Notes: generated by a model not told the origin, from the letters alone. A DNA stretch of 64,000 nucleotides from Lentimicrobiaceae bacterium (GCA_031550085.1 JAVBOY010000002.1:17946-81945); one strand, 5' to 3'. Counted from the stretch's first letter, positions 1 through 10,201 are shown. Numbers and translations: made by a program.

Positions 1-2
1 AA

Positions 3-1244
3 GAAAAAATCTTGGCAGGGCACGATGTATCGGCCGGAGGGTTGATCACGACCCTGCTCGAAATGTGTTTCAGCCACAACGGATTGGGCTTGCAGGTCGA
101 TCTTTCCTCATTCAACGAAAAAGACCTTATCAAGCTTCTGTTCAGCGAAAAGCCCGCCGTGGTTATCCAGGTGGATGATCTGGATTTTGTAACGGTCTTT
201 TTGAACGAACAGGGAATTGATTTTTCGGTGCTCGGAACCATTATGCCAAACGGCGAACTGAACATCCGGCAAAACGAAAAGGAATTCCGCTTCGATATTG
301 CCCGGCTGCGCGACGACTGGTTCCGCCCCTCCTACTTGCTCGACCGCAAACAAAGCGGCGAACAGAAGGCGAAAGAGCGTTTTGACAATTACGCCAAAGC
401 GGAACGCCGGTTCGATTTCCCTACAACCTTTTCGGGAACCTTTGCCCAATACGGCATCGATCCCAAACGCCGGGAAAAGACAGGCTTGCAAGCGGCTATT
501 ATCCGTGAAAAGGGTTCCAACGGCGACCGCGAAATGGCGTATGCATTATACCTTGCCGGATTCGACGTAAAAGATGTCCACATGACGGATCTGGTATCGG
601 GCAGGGAAACCTTGGACGATGTAAACTTTATTGTTTTCGTGGGTGGATTTTCGAATTCGGATGTATTGGGTTCGGCCAAAGGTTGGGCCGGCGCCTTTTT
701 ATACAACCAACAGGCGAAAGAAACATTGGAACGCTTTTATGCACGCCCCGACACACTTTCGCTGGGCGTTTGCAACGGCTGCCAATTGATGGCGGAACTG
801 GGCCTGATTTATCCCGAACACGAAGAGAAACAGCGCCTGCTCCACAACGACACGGGGAAATATGAAAGCCAATTCTTATGCATAAATATACTAGAAAGTA
901 ATTCAATTTTATTGAAATCGCTGGTCAACTCAACCCTAGGAATCTGGGTGGCACACGGGGAAGGGAAATTTAGTTTTCCTTACGAAGAAAGCCGCTACCA
1001 TATGGCTGCAAAATACACAGCCGGCTATTTCCCGGCCAATCCCAACGGTTCGATGTACAATGCCGCCGCCATCAGCTCCTTCGACGGACGCCATTTGGCC
1101 ATTATGCCGCATTTGGAGCGTTCGCTCCTGCCCTGGCATTGGGCGTATTATCCCGACTCTCGCCGCCAAGACCAGGTTTCACCCTGGATCGAAGCGTTTG
1201 TCAATGCGAGGGAGTGGGTGAATAAAGTGAAGCGTGAACAGTGA
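3..1244 (+). CDS. purL: Phosphoribosylformylglycinamidine synthase (PurL), C-terminal glutamine amidotransferase part; the 5' end lies outside the window
   Basis: The frame is open from the window edge, so the track start at 12 is a TTG artefact. Contains the class-I GATase nucleophile motif LGVCNGCQLM plus AHGEGKF and IMPHLERS, typical of the C-terminus of large single-chain PurL. Confidence 0.9.
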   Translation, partial: EKILAGHDVSAGGLITTLLEMCFSHNGLGLQVDLSSFNEKDLIKLLFSEKPAVVIQVDDLDFVTVFLNEQGIDFSVLGTIMPNGELNIRQNEKEFRFDIARLRDDWFRPSYLLDRKQSGEQKAKERFDNYAKAERRFDFPTTFSGTFAQYGIDPKRREKTGLQAAIIREKGSNGDREMAYALYLAGFDVKDVHMTDLVSGRETLDDVNFIVFVGGFSNSDVLGSAKGWAGAFLYNQQAKETLERFYARPDTLSLGVCNGCQLMAELGLIYPEHEEKQRLLHNDTGKYESQFLCINILESNSILLKSLVNSTLGIWVAHGEGKFSFPYEESRYHMAAKYTAGYFPANPNGSMYNAAAISSFDGRHLAIMPHLERSLLPWHWAYYPDSRRQDQVSPWIEAFVNAREWVNKVKREQ

Positions 1245-1312
1245 AAGGTGAAGGGTACAGGGTTAATGGTAAAGGGCACAAGGTGAAAGGTAGAGGGGAG
1301 AATGAGGTCATA
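1215..1312. repeat. Purine-rich GTGAA/GGTAAA word tract forming the left arm around the four-helix-bundle gene
   Basis: Sequence is gtgaataaagtgaagcgtgaacagtgaaaggtgaagggtacagggttaatggtaaagggcacaaggtgaaaggtagagggg. It starts inside the last ~10 codons of purL. Part of it is an imperfect reverse complement of 1722-1785. Confidence 0.6.
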
Positions 1313-1340
1313 ACAGCTATTAACAAATTAAAATCCATGT

Positions 1341-1721
1341 ATGATGGCAACGGTTAAAACGTTTGAAGATTTAGAAATTTGGAAAGAAGGCATGAGCCTT
1401 GCATGCCAGATTTATGCCATTTTCAAACAGCATAAGGATTTCGGTTTTAAAGATCAAATACAACGTGCCGCAGTTTCTATTCCTTCGAACATTGCGGAAG
1501 GATTCGAAAGAAATACAAGCAAAGAGTTTGTGCAATTTTTGTATTATGCCAAAGGCTCGTGCGGCGAGTTACGAACTCTAATTCATTTAGCCGGTTCATT
1601 AAATTATATTGAAAAACAAGATGGGGACACTTTGATAGAAGCGACAAAAGCATTGTCTTCAAAAATTTATAAATTAATTACCTACCGAAAAAACCTTACA
1701 CAAAAAAAACCGTTACAATAA
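1341..1721 (+). CDS. Four-helix-bundle protein (23S rRNA intervening-sequence protein family)
   Basis: 126-aa ORF with FEDLEIWK, QIQRAAVSIPSNIAEG and EFVQFLYYAKGSCGEL, the pattern I associate with this family. Wedged between two word-repeat arms. Confidence 0.8.
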   Translation: MMATVKTFEDLEIWKEGMSLACQIYAIFKQHKDFGFKDQIQRAAVSIPSNIAEGFERNTSKEFVQFLYYAKGSCGELRTLIHLAGSLNYIEKQDGDTLIEATKALSSKIYKLITYRKNLTQKKPLQ

Positions 1722-1785
1722 CCATTCACCGTGTACTGCTTACGTTAATACCGTTAACCTTGTACCTTTAACCGTTTACCATCCT
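1722..1785. repeat. Pyrimidine-rich word tract forming the right arm around the four-helix-bundle gene
   Basis: Sequence is ccattcaccgtgtactgcttacgttaataccgttaaccttgtacctttaaccgtttaccatcct. It runs from the stop codon at 1721 to the ATG at 1786. Its reverse complement (ggtaaacggttaaaggtacaaggttaacggt...) aligns by eye with ggtaaagggcacaaggtgaaaggt in the left arm. Confidence 0.6.
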
Positions 1786-3444
1786 ATGAAAAGCACATTC
1801 ATCTCCCTTTGGCATCAACTCTATCCGGATGCGGACGAAAATCTGCTGCACAATTTTATTCAAACCATTGAGGTATACCGGCAAAGCGCCCATGCTTCGC
1901 AAAGCCAGCCGGATTGGTACAAAGATGCAGTGGTGTATTCGTTGTACGTGGATTTGTTTAACCACGATTTCGAAGGACTTACCAGGAAATTGCCTTATTT
2001 GCAATCACTGGGCGTGAACTGCCTCTGGCTGTTGCCGATTTTGGATTCGCCCATGCGCGACGCGGGTTTTGATATCAAAGACTTTTTCAATATCCGTCCC
2101 GATTTAACGGGGACGAACGGGCTCGAAATCTTCCGCACTTTTTTGGATAAAGCGCATCAATGCGGTATTTACGTCATTTTTGATGTGGCTATTAACCATT
2201 GCAGCGAAGAACTGCATTGGTTCCGGGAAGCTAAAAAAGGCCGGGAAAACCCGTACCGAAATTATTTTATCTGGAGCGACGATGCTTCGGAATTCAAGGA
2301 AGCCCGCATTATTTTCAAAGGAATCGAGGAAAGCAACTGGGAACGTTGCGGCGATGCGTATTATTTTCACCGCTTTTTTAATTTTCAGCCGGATTTGAAC
2401 TACAAAAATCCGGAAGTGTTGTTTGCCATGTGCCGCACCTTGCTGTATTGGCAAGCAACCGGCGTGGACGGTTTCCGCGCCGACGCCATCCCCTATTTGT
2501 GGAAAGAAGCGGGAACGGATTGCGAAAACCTGCCGCAAACGCATGCGGTGGTGAAGTTTTTCCGCGCCATACTGGATTATGTGAAGCCGGGAACGTTGCT
2601 GTTGGCCGAAGCTTGCCAGCAACCCAAAGAAGTGGTGGCTTACCTGGGAAACGGCGACGAATGCCATGCGGCTTACCATTTCCCGCTGATGCCCCGCATT
2701 TACAAGGCATTGGCTATGCAAAGCGGCAAACCCATCGAAGAAACGCTCGATCCGAATTTTACGCCTCCCATTCCTGCCGGCACGCAATGGTTTACATTTT
2801 TGCGCTGCCACGACGAGTTGAGCCTCGAATTGGTGTACGTCACCGAAGAGGAGCGCAAATACATTCACGAAAACTACTGCCTGGATAAAAAATGGGATTT
2901 CCGTTTGGGCGAAGGAATTGCTGCCCGCCTGTCGGAACTTTTGAGTCGCGATGAACGCAAAATATTGTTGGCGTATTCCATCATGCTTTCCTTACCGGGA
3001 ACTCCTGTGATTTATTACGGCGACGACGTGGCCAAGCTCAACGACGAGTCTTATTATGAAGAGCAAATCAAACTGAACGGCAAAGACGATACGCGTTTCT
3101 TGGTCCGGGGAAAAATGAACTGGCCACAAATTGAAAAGGAATTGACTGATCCGGGTAGTTTAGCCTTTAAAGTCAACAGCGGATTAAAGCAAATGCTGGG
3201 CGCCCGCAACCAGTACAAAGCTTTCGGACGCGGCCGTATTGAATTTTTACAATTATCGGGAAACAAATCGGTTTTAGCGTACCTGCGCGAATACCAAAAC
3301 GAGAAATTGTTATGTGTCCATAATCTCAGCCACGAAGAGGTTTCGATACAGTTACCGGAAAACCTGAAACCCCGGCAAGAGTTGCTAGGAAAGCCGGATG
3401 GGAATACCATAGAAGCATTGGGGTATCGTTGGTTTGTATTGTAA
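1786..3444 (+). CDS. GH13 alpha-amylase-family enzyme, closest in feel to trehalose synthase / maltose alpha-D-glucosyltransferase
   Basis: All four GH13 conserved regions are present: DVAINH, GVDGFRADAI, LLAEACQ and FLRCHDE. The N-terminal WYKDAVVYSLYVDLF...LGVNCLWLLPILDSP resembles TreS-type enzymes. 552 aa with no maltokinase extension. Confidence 0.8.
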   Translation: MKSTFISLWHQLYPDADENLLHNFIQTIEVYRQSAHASQSQPDWYKDAVVYSLYVDLFNHDFEGLTRKLPYLQSLGVNCLWLLPILDSPMRDAGFDIKDFFNIRPDLTGTNGLEIFRTFLDKAHQCGIYVIFDVAINHCSEELHWFREAKKGRENPYRNYFIWSDDASEFKEARIIFKGIEESNWERCGDAYYFHRFFNFQPDLNYKNPEVLFAMCRTLLYWQATGVDGFRADAIPYLWKEAGTDCENLPQTHAVVKFFRAILDYVKPGTLLLAEACQQPKEVVAYLGNGDECHAAYHFPLMPRIYKALAMQSGKPIEETLDPNFTPPIPAGTQWFTFLRCHDELSLELVYVTEEERKYIHENYCLDKKWDFRLGEGIAARLSELLSRDERKILLAYSIMLSLPGTPVIYYGDDVAKLNDESYYEEQIKLNGKDDTRFLVRGKMNWPQIEKELTDPGSLAFKVNSGLKQMLGARNQYKAFGRGRIEFLQLSGNKSVLAYLREYQNEKLLCVHNLSHEEVSIQLPENLKPRQELLGKPDGNTIEALGYRWFVL

Positions 3445-3500
3445 TTCTTGTTAATGCCCTACGGGCAAATGATTGCGGTGGGATATCTTTTTTATGGATA

Positions 3501-4088
3501 TTCTTGTCCCACGGACAAGTGCAGGGTCGGTAATTCCCCGTTATAAAATGTTATATTTCCTTTTCATGTTCTTGTCCCACGAGCACCTGCAGGGTCGATA
3601 ATTCCCCGCTGTAGAAAAGATCTATTTCTCCCATAAACATGTTCCTTGTCCCATGGGAAACTGCAAGATTTATGATTCTCCGTCAGGAGAAAAACATCCA
3701 TAGAATAACAGAAAGAATAAACCGAATTGCCCGTCAGGGCATACACCGAAAATGAATCATTTCATCCATTTACAATTTAAAGCCTTGGTTGGCTGTTAGG
3801 GTCTTGTTAATGTACGGACAACAGCAGAATCGATAATTCCCCGCTATAGAAAAGATCCATTTCTCCCATAAACATGTTCTTGTCCCATGGGAAACTGCAA
3901 GATTTATGATTCTCCGTCAGGAGAAAAACATCCATAGAATAACAGAAAGAATAAACCGAATTGCCCGTCAGGGCATGCATCGAAAATGAATCATTTCATC
4001 CATTTACAATTTAAAGCCTTGGTTGGCTGGAAGGTTCTTGTTAATGTACGGACAACTGCAGGGTTGATAATTCCCCGCTATAGAAAAG
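3501..4088. repeat. Nested tandem repeat: a unit of about 235 bp in about 2.3 copies, built from six copies of a shorter CTTGT..CTGCA..ATAATTCCCCG motif
   Basis: cgataattcc occurs at 3596 and 3831, and tgataattcc at 4065, giving periods of 235 and 234. Copies 3596-3830 and 3831-4064 differ only at a handful of positions by eye. The short motif starts near 3501, 3569, 3641, 3801, 3876 and 4034. Confidence 0.85.
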
Positions 4089-4247
4089 CATTCTCATTAT
4101 CCAAAGGAGCATAGCTGCGAAACGAAAATCTTATTTGTCACACAGATAAAAACATAAAAAGAAGAGACTGTCCAAAAAGTAAAATTAAGTTTCTGAGAAT
4201 TGAATATTTGAAATCAGTCTCAGGTAGAGACCCGAAGAAAAGAACAT

Positions 4248-4282
4248 AAAAAAGGGGGTGTTCCGACTTTTTGGACACCCCC
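4248..4282 (-). terminator. Intrinsic terminator downstream of dnaN
   Basis: The minus strand reads GGGGGTGTCC-aaaaagtc-GGAACACCCCC followed by TTTTTT. It lies 51 nt after the dnaN stop codon. Confidence 0.75.
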
Positions 4283-4332
4283 TTTGTCTTGTATAATCTC
4301 CCGGGTATTTCCGGAATACGTTTTGTAAGATC

Positions 4333-5457
4333 CTAGTTGTTCCCCAACATGACCGGCATCACAAGCATCAGGATGTCTTCGTTTTCATCTTTTCCGTTTA
4401 CGGGAAAGATAATACCGGCTCTTGTAGGCGAAGAAAGATTGAAACAAATTTCTTCGGTTTCCAGATTGCTGACCATATCCAACAAGAACTTCGAGTTGAA
4501 GCCGATTTCCATGTCATCGCCTTCAAAATTGCATTTCAGGTGTTCTACGGCCTCGTTCGAATAGTCGATATCTTCGGCATTCATCATTAATTCTTGTCCC
4601 GAAATACGCATGCGAACCTGATGGGTACTTTGGTTGGCAAAAGGCGAAAGGCGTTTTACGGATGAAATAAAGTCCTGGCGGTGTACCACCAATTTATTGG
4701 GATTGTCTTTGGGAATCACCGCTTCGTATGGGGGAAATTTCCCTTCGATCAAGCGGCAATACAGTTCGATGCCGGGCAGGTTGAACGCAGCATTGGTTTC
4801 ATTGTATTCCACTTTTACCATATCATTGCCCAAAAGCAAGCCTTTCAATACATTCAAGGGTTTTCGGGGAACGATAAAGCTGGTTGATTCGCTCGCCTGG
4901 ATATCGGGACGGCGGTAACGCACCAGTTTATGGGCATCGGTTCCTACAAACGTCAGATAATCCGGAGTAAACTCAAATAACACGCCGGACATCACGGGAC
5001 GCAATTCATCGGTGCCGGTGGCAAAAATCGTTTTGTTAATGGCAGCGGCTAACAGCGTGGAGGGCAATTCGATGGATTTGGTTGCGTCCAAAGCCGGAAC
5101 TTGCGGATAATCATCGGCATTGTGCCCGCTCAGCTTGTATTTCCCGTCGTTGGAAACGATTTCGATGGCGCAGGTTTTCAGGTTCACCGTAAAGGTAAGG
5201 GGCGCATCGGGAAAATTTTTCAGGAACTCCAACAATAGTTTCGCAGGAATGGTAATTTTTCCCGAATCCTCGGACATGGAAGGTTCCAAGGTAGTAATCA
5301 GGGTGGTTTCCAAGTCGGTAGCTGTAATTTTCAAAACATTCTCTTCCAACTCAAAAAGGAAGTCATCCAATATTTGCAACGCATTATTGCTGTTAATTAC
5401 AGTGTTTAACGATTGCAGTTTTCTCAATAAGATTTGACTATTAATAATAAATTTCAT
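4333..5457 (-). CDS. dnaN: DNA polymerase III beta subunit (sliding clamp)
   Basis: MKFIINSQILLRKLQ... with three-domain clamp length. The track start at 5478 is a TTG 7 codons upstream. The ATG at 5457 gives the canonical MKF N-terminus. Confidence 0.9.
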   Translation of the reverse strand: MKFIINSQILLRKLQSLNTVINSNNALQILDDFLFELEENVLKITATDLETTLITTLEPSMSEDSGKITIPAKLLLEFLKNFPDAPLTFTVNLKTCAIEIVSNDGKYKLSGHNADDYPQVPALDATKSIELPSTLLAAAINKTIFATGTDELRPVMSGVLFEFTPDYLTFVGTDAHKLVRYRRPDIQASESTSFIVPRKPLNVLKGLLLGNDMVKVEYNETNAAFNLPGIELYCRLIEGKFPPYEAVIPKDNPNKLVVHRQDFISSVKRLSPFANQSTHQVRMRISGQELMMNAEDIDYSNEAVEHLKCNFEGDDMEIGFNSKFLLDMVSNLETEEICFNLSSPTRAGIIFPVNGKDENEDILMLVMPVMLGNN

Positions 5458-5573
5458 ATCCTGTTTATTTTCAATCAACTATATCAATACTAAATTTTTG
5501 CGTAAAGGTATAAAAAAATGTTTCAAATTAATCCAGGCTTGGAGTATAAAATCTTTACCCGATCAGGCACGGT

Positions 5574-6242
5574 TTATTTTTTCTTAAAAAGATATGTTTT
5601 GGTTTCTTCGTGTTTCAAGAGCCTCCGGATATTTTTATGGTGTGTAATGGGAATAAAAACAGCAATCAAAATGGCGAATACTTGTAAGGAGATGGTAATG
5701 TCGTCTTTAAATAACAGCCAGGTAAAATTTTCGTGTCTCAAGATCCATACCAATACGGGAAACATAAGCGCCGTGATGATGGATGCCAGCGATACGTAAT
5801 GTGTGGTGAGTAAAATCGTGATGAACAGGATAAAAATAACAATCAAAAAAACATAGGGGAACACGGCAATAATCACGCCCACCAGCGAGGCAACGCCTTT
5901 ACCGCCTTTGAAGCGGGTGAAGATCGGGAAAATATGCCCCAATACGGCAACCAAACCCACAGTAATTTGATAAACCGTAAAGGTATTTCCTTCCAGAATG
6001 CCTTCGGCCAAACATTCTCCAATTTGAACGGCACCCCAGGCTTTGGCAACATCCAAAAGCAAAACCGCCAAACCGGCTTTCCCTCCCAATACCCGGAAGG
6101 TGTTGGTTGCCCCGGCATTTTTACTTCCTTCGTTGCGTACATCTACCCCGTAAAACCACTTGCCAATCCAAACCGCCGTGGAAATAGATCCTAATAAATA
6201 TGCAATAATATAACCTGAAATAAGTATTAAAAAATGCTCCAT
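5574..6242 (-). CDS. plsY: Glycerol-3-phosphate acyltransferase PlsY
   Basis: 222-aa polytopic membrane protein with the GSKNAGATN and FKGGKGVA motifs. Confidence 0.9.
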   Translation of the reverse strand: MEHFLILISGYIIAYLLGSISTAVWIGKWFYGVDVRNEGSKNAGATNTFRVLGGKAGLAVLLLDVAKAWGAVQIGECLAEGILEGNTFTVYQITVGLVAVLGHIFPIFTRFKGGKGVASLVGVIIAVFPYVFLIVIFILFITILLTTHYVSLASIITALMFPVLVWILRHENFTWLLFKDDITISLQVFAILIAVFIPITHHKNIRRLLKHEETKTYLFKKK

Positions 6243-6253
6243 CGAAAGGATTT

Positions 6254-8716
6254 TTATTTTACTTTTTTTCCATTTTGCTTTGGTTCCAAAGCCAGATCAA
6301 TAACATCCAACATGTTTGATATGTAAAAAAACTCAAGGCCTTGCGTATATTCTTGCTGAATATCGTTGATGTCCTTTTTGTTGTCGGCTGGCAATACCAA
6401 CCGGGTAATTTTGGCGCGTTTGGCTGCCAGGATTTTTTCCTTAATTCCCCCAACGGGCAAAACTTGCCCCCGGAGCGTAATTTCTCCCGTCATCGCAATG
6501 TTGGGTTTTACCAACCGCTTGGTAAATGCCGAAGCCAAAGCCGTAAACATGGTAATTCCGGCTGAAGGGCCGTCTTTGGGAGTAGCTCCCTGCGGAACGT
6601 GGATGTGGACATTCCATTTTTCAAAAACCGACTCTTCCAATCCCAGCTTTTTTGCATGCGATTTCAAAAATTCATATGCCAAGGTAGCTGATTCTTTCAT
6701 CACATCGCCCAAGTTGCCGGTTAAGGTAAGATGTCCTTTCCCCTGGCTTAGGCTGGCTTCCACAAAAAGGATTTCGCCTCCCACAGCCGTCCAGGCCAAT
6801 CCGGTTACCACGCCGCAGGTATTCGTTATTAAATTTTTATCTTGCTGGAACAAAGGAATTCCCATTATTTTTTCCAGTTCTGCAGCCATTAGTTTGGCCG
6901 GGAGCTTTTCGTTTTTTGCAATATACAACGCCCGGCTGCGAATAATCTTGGCAATGGCTTTTTCCAAATTGCGCACGCCCGACTCGTGGGTATACTTTTC
7001 GATGAGGGTTTCTAAAATCTTGTCACTGAATGTCAAAAACTTTTTATCCACGCCGTGCTCTCGCAACTGTTTAGGGATCAGGTGACGTTTGGCGATTTCA
7101 ATTTTTTCTTCGAGCAAATACCCACTCAGGTCAATAATTTCCATGCGGTCGCGCAGGGCTGGGTGAATGGTGCTCAAAGTGTTGGCCGTAGCAATAAACA
7201 ACACTTTGGAAAGATCGTAATCGATTTCCAGGTAGTTGTCATAAAAAGTTACGTTTTGCTCAGGGTCCAGCACTTCCAGCAAAGCGGCCGAAGGGTCGCC
7301 GTTATGGGTCATTCCCGATATTTTGTCAATTTCGTCCAGGACAAAAACGGGATTGGAAGTTTGGGCTTTCTTGATGCTTTGAATGATCCGTCCGGGTTTA
7401 GCGCCGATATAGGTTCTCCGGTGCCCACGGATCTCCGACTCATCGTGAAGACCTCCCAACGAAATGCGGATGTAGCTGCGATTCAAGGCCCGGGCAATGG
7501 ACTTGCCCAGGGAAGTTTTCCCGACTCCGGGAGGGCCTACCAAACAAAGGATGGGCGATTTCAGGTTATTTTTCAGTTTTAGAACGGCAATGTATTCAAT
7601 GATGCGTTCTTTAATCTTTTCCAAACCGTAATGGTCTTCGTTCAGGACTTTTTGGGCATGGGCTATCGAAAAATCGTCTTCGGAGCATTTGTTCCACGGC
7701 AACTCTACCAGGATTTCCAAATAGTTCATCTGCAAGGAATACTCCATTGCCGCCGGGTTCATGCGTTCCAATTTCCCCAGTTCTTTTTCAAAAACAGCTT
7801 TTACATCTTTTGACCAATCTTGTTCCTTTGCTTTCTCTTTCAGTTCCTTTATTTGCTGTTCGTGCGGATTGGTTCCCAATTCTTCCTGAATAAGCCGCAA
7901 TTGCTGGGTAAGCATGTAGTCCCGTTGTTGTTTGTCCATATCCACCTTTACACGGTTCTGGATTTGGTTTTTCAACTCCAGCATTTGAAGTTCGTTTCCC
8001 AAATGGCCCAGAACAACCTGTGCGCGTTCTTTCACTTCGGGAATAGCAAGGAGTTTTTGTTTTTCATTCAACTCGATGTTTAAGTTGGAAGCCACAAAAT
8101 TGATCAGGAAAACGGGGCTTTCAATATTCTTTATGGCAAAGGCCGCATCGGAAGGGATGTTGGGCGACTGGTTTATGATTTGTATTGCCAGTTCTTTGAT
8201 GGAAGAAATCAGCGCGTCAAAAGCCTTGTCATCTTGAGGCGTAAGTTGATCCGGCTTCATTTCCTGAACTTCGGCAATGAAATAAGGATCTGCCTGCAAG
8301 AGTTTTCCCAGTTCAAAACGTTTTTTCCCTTGCAAAACGGCCATGGTATTGCCGTCTGGCATTTGCAGGATTTTAATGATATAGGCAACCGTCCCGACCC
8401 GGTGCAAATCGGTAAAGGCAGGATCTTCCACTTCGGCGCTTTTTTGGCCGACCACTCCAATGAGGCGTTGTTTTTTATAGTGTTCCTTAATTAATTTTAT
8501 GGATTTATCGCGTCCAACCGTAATAGGAATGACAACGCCCGGGAATAAAACCGTATTGCGCAAAGGCAATATCGGCAACACTTCAGGAACTTCCTCGGCA
8601 TTGATCAACTCCTCGTCTTCACGCGAAAGCAACGGAATGAATTCGGTTTCTTCTTCCAATATGTTTGATAATATCTTTTCAGGATTTTTTGCTCGGTTCA
8701 TGGGATTTCTTTCCAA
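6254..8716 (-). CDS. lon: ATP-dependent Lon protease (endopeptidase La)
   Basis: 820 aa with a Lon N-terminal domain, Walker [10 protein letters not shown] and protease Ser motif PKDGPSAGI. Confidence 0.95.
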   Translation of the reverse strand: MERNPMNRAKNPEKILSNILEEETEFIPLLSREDEELINAEEVPEVLPILPLRNTVLFPGVVIPITVGRDKSIKLIKEHYKKQRLIGVVGQKSAEVEDPAFTDLHRVGTVAYIIKILQMPDGNTMAVLQGKKRFELGKLLQADPYFIAEVQEMKPDQLTPQDDKAFDALISSIKELAIQIINQSPNIPSDAAFAIKNIESPVFLINFVASNLNIELNEKQKLLAIPEVKERAQVVLGHLGNELQMLELKNQIQNRVKVDMDKQQRDYMLTQQLRLIQEELGTNPHEQQIKELKEKAKEQDWSKDVKAVFEKELGKLERMNPAAMEYSLQMNYLEILVELPWNKCSEDDFSIAHAQKVLNEDHYGLEKIKERIIEYIAVLKLKNNLKSPILCLVGPPGVGKTSLGKSIARALNRSYIRISLGGLHDESEIRGHRRTYIGAKPGRIIQSIKKAQTSNPVFVLDEIDKISGMTHNGDPSAALLEVLDPEQNVTFYDNYLEIDYDLSKVLFIATANTLSTIHPALRDRMEIIDLSGYLLEEKIEIAKRHLIPKQLREHGVDKKFLTFSDKILETLIEKYTHESGVRNLEKAIAKIIRSRALYIAKNEKLPAKLMAAELEKIMGIPLFQQDKNLITNTCGVVTGLAWTAVGGEILFVEASLSQGKGHLTLTGNLGDVMKESATLAYEFLKSHAKKLGLEESVFEKWNVHIHVPQGATPKDGPSAGITMFTALASAFTKRLVKPNIAMTGEITLRGQVLPVGGIKEKILAAKRAKITRLVLPADNKKDINDIQQEYTQGLEFFYISNMLDVIDLALEPKQNGKKVK

Positions 8717-8855
8717 ATAGTCAAATTGAAGATTAATGATTCCTAAATAGTAAGGAATCCAAAAAGCGGTTTCTCTGAATTGTAAAAAAGGGAAAACGTG
8801 TTTTGTTTATCTTTCAACGAATAGCCTAATTCTTTGTTCTCTTTTATTTTTACTT

Positions 8856-10019
8856 CTATGTAATTTTTTTCACTGCCTCAAATAGTTTTTGGTGCATTGA
8901 GCTGAATTCGATGTTCCGGCGGCCCATCATCCGTTTGGCGGCCGAAACGGCATCGGCCACTTCTATTTCCTCTTTCTCAAAGGTATTTCCTTTTGTAAAA
9001 TTGGGAATAAAATTACGTTGGTACCCCGATCCATAAATGTTGCAGTTGGTTCCGACCACGCTTCCCGAATTAAACATGCAGTTGATCCCGGACACGGAAT
9101 AGTCGCCCATAATCAAGCCGCAAAACTGAAGGCCGGTCGGTACGAATTTTTCTTCGGCATAGCTCCAGCATTTTATTTTCTCATAGTCATTCCTCAAGTT
9201 GGAGGTAATGGTTCCGGCTCCGAAATTACACCATTCGGCAATGACTGATGTTCCAACAAATCCGTCATGAGCTTTGTTCGAATATCCGAAAAATACGGCA
9301 TTATTTACTTCTCCCCCAATTTTGCACCAAGGCCCGATGGTCGTTCCTTCATAAATACGGGCGCCCATTTTCAGGGTCGAATGCTCGCAGATTGCAACAG
9401 GTCCCCGCAAACTGGAACCATCCATCAATTCAACGTCCTTTCCGATATATACAGGACCGTTTTGCGCGTTGATAGAAACGCATTCGGAACGCACACCTGC
9501 TTCAATAAAAATCTCTTCTCCAACCTGCACATTGGATTTTGATAAAGTCGCCGAACGCCTTCCGGCCGTTACAAGTTCAAAATCAAGAATAATTTGTTGC
9601 GCATTCTCGGTAAAAATATCCCAGGTATTTGTAATGGATTTGATTTCGTAAGCATATTCGATTTGGTCAATGGAAAGCCGTTGGGTTAGAAAAGCATGAA
9701 TGTCTTCTTTCGAAACACTCACCGCCAAAACGACATCGTCTTTACACAGGGCTTGGTTGGGTTCCAGCGTTCTGATTTGAGAAACCAGTTTTTTATCGGG
9801 GAAAACACCCCCATTGATGAAAATATTGATATTTCCGATCCGGATCGGGTATTTATCGGCCAGATATTCTTCGGTTAGGGTGGATGTTTTTGTAAGTAAA
9901 AACTTTTCCCATTTTTCCCGAATGGTTAGAATGCCCACCCTGATTTCGGCCACCGGCCTGTAAAAGCAAAGGGGTTGCAAATTGATCCGCCTTTTGTCGT
10001 CAAAAAGGATATAACTCAT
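8856..10019 (-). CDS. GlmU-family putative sugar nucleotidyltransferase with a left-handed beta-helix C-terminal half
   Basis: 387 aa. The N-terminal MSYILFDD...RPVAEIRVGILTI has a nucleotidyltransferase-like fold signature. The C-terminal half has hexapeptide-repeat character. Confidence 0.65.
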   Translation of the reverse strand: MSYILFDDKRRINLQPLCFYRPVAEIRVGILTIREKWEKFLLTKTSTLTEEYLADKYPIRIGNINIFINGGVFPDKKLVSQIRTLEPNQALCKDDVVLAVSVSKEDIHAFLTQRLSIDQIEYAYEIKSITNTWDIFTENAQQIILDFELVTAGRRSATLSKSNVQVGEEIFIEAGVRSECVSINAQNGPVYIGKDVELMDGSSLRGPVAICEHSTLKMGARIYEGTTIGPWCKIGGEVNNAVFFGYSNKAHDGFVGTSVIAEWCNFGAGTITSNLRNDYEKIKCWSYAEEKFVPTGLQFCGLIMGDYSVSGINCMFNSGSVVGTNCNIYGSGYQRNFIPNFTKGNTFEKEEIEVADAVSAAKRMMGRRNIEFSSMHQKLFEAVKKIT

Positions 10020-10170
10020 CTGTTGTGATTTGTTTCGTAAATAAAACCTGTGAAATTACGAAAGAAAATTTACGTAGCGAAAATGATGTTTGAATTATTT
10101 GGTTTTGAAACTGCTTTCAACTTTATTTTCAATGTTTCCAACCAATTTCATGCCGTTGTATTCATTGCAT

Positions 10171-10201
10171 AAAAAAACTGCCCTGTTTAGTAAGAGGGCA
10201 G
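10171..10201 (-). terminator. Intrinsic terminator downstream of rpmE
   Basis: The minus strand reads CTGCCCT-cttactaaac-AGGGCAG followed by TTTTTTT. Confidence 0.7.

Noticed and set aside
3501-4088. Possible CRISPR array, considered because of regularly recurring motifs
   Set aside because: The repeat unit is about 235 bp and the copies are contiguous and near-identical along their whole length. There are no unique spacers and no cas genes are nearby.
3445-4332. Possible chromosomal origin (oriC) next to dnaN
   Set aside because: I found only one near-consensus DnaA box (TTATCCAAA at about 4097-4105). There is no cluster of boxes or obvious AT-rich unwinding element, and dnaA is not adjacent.
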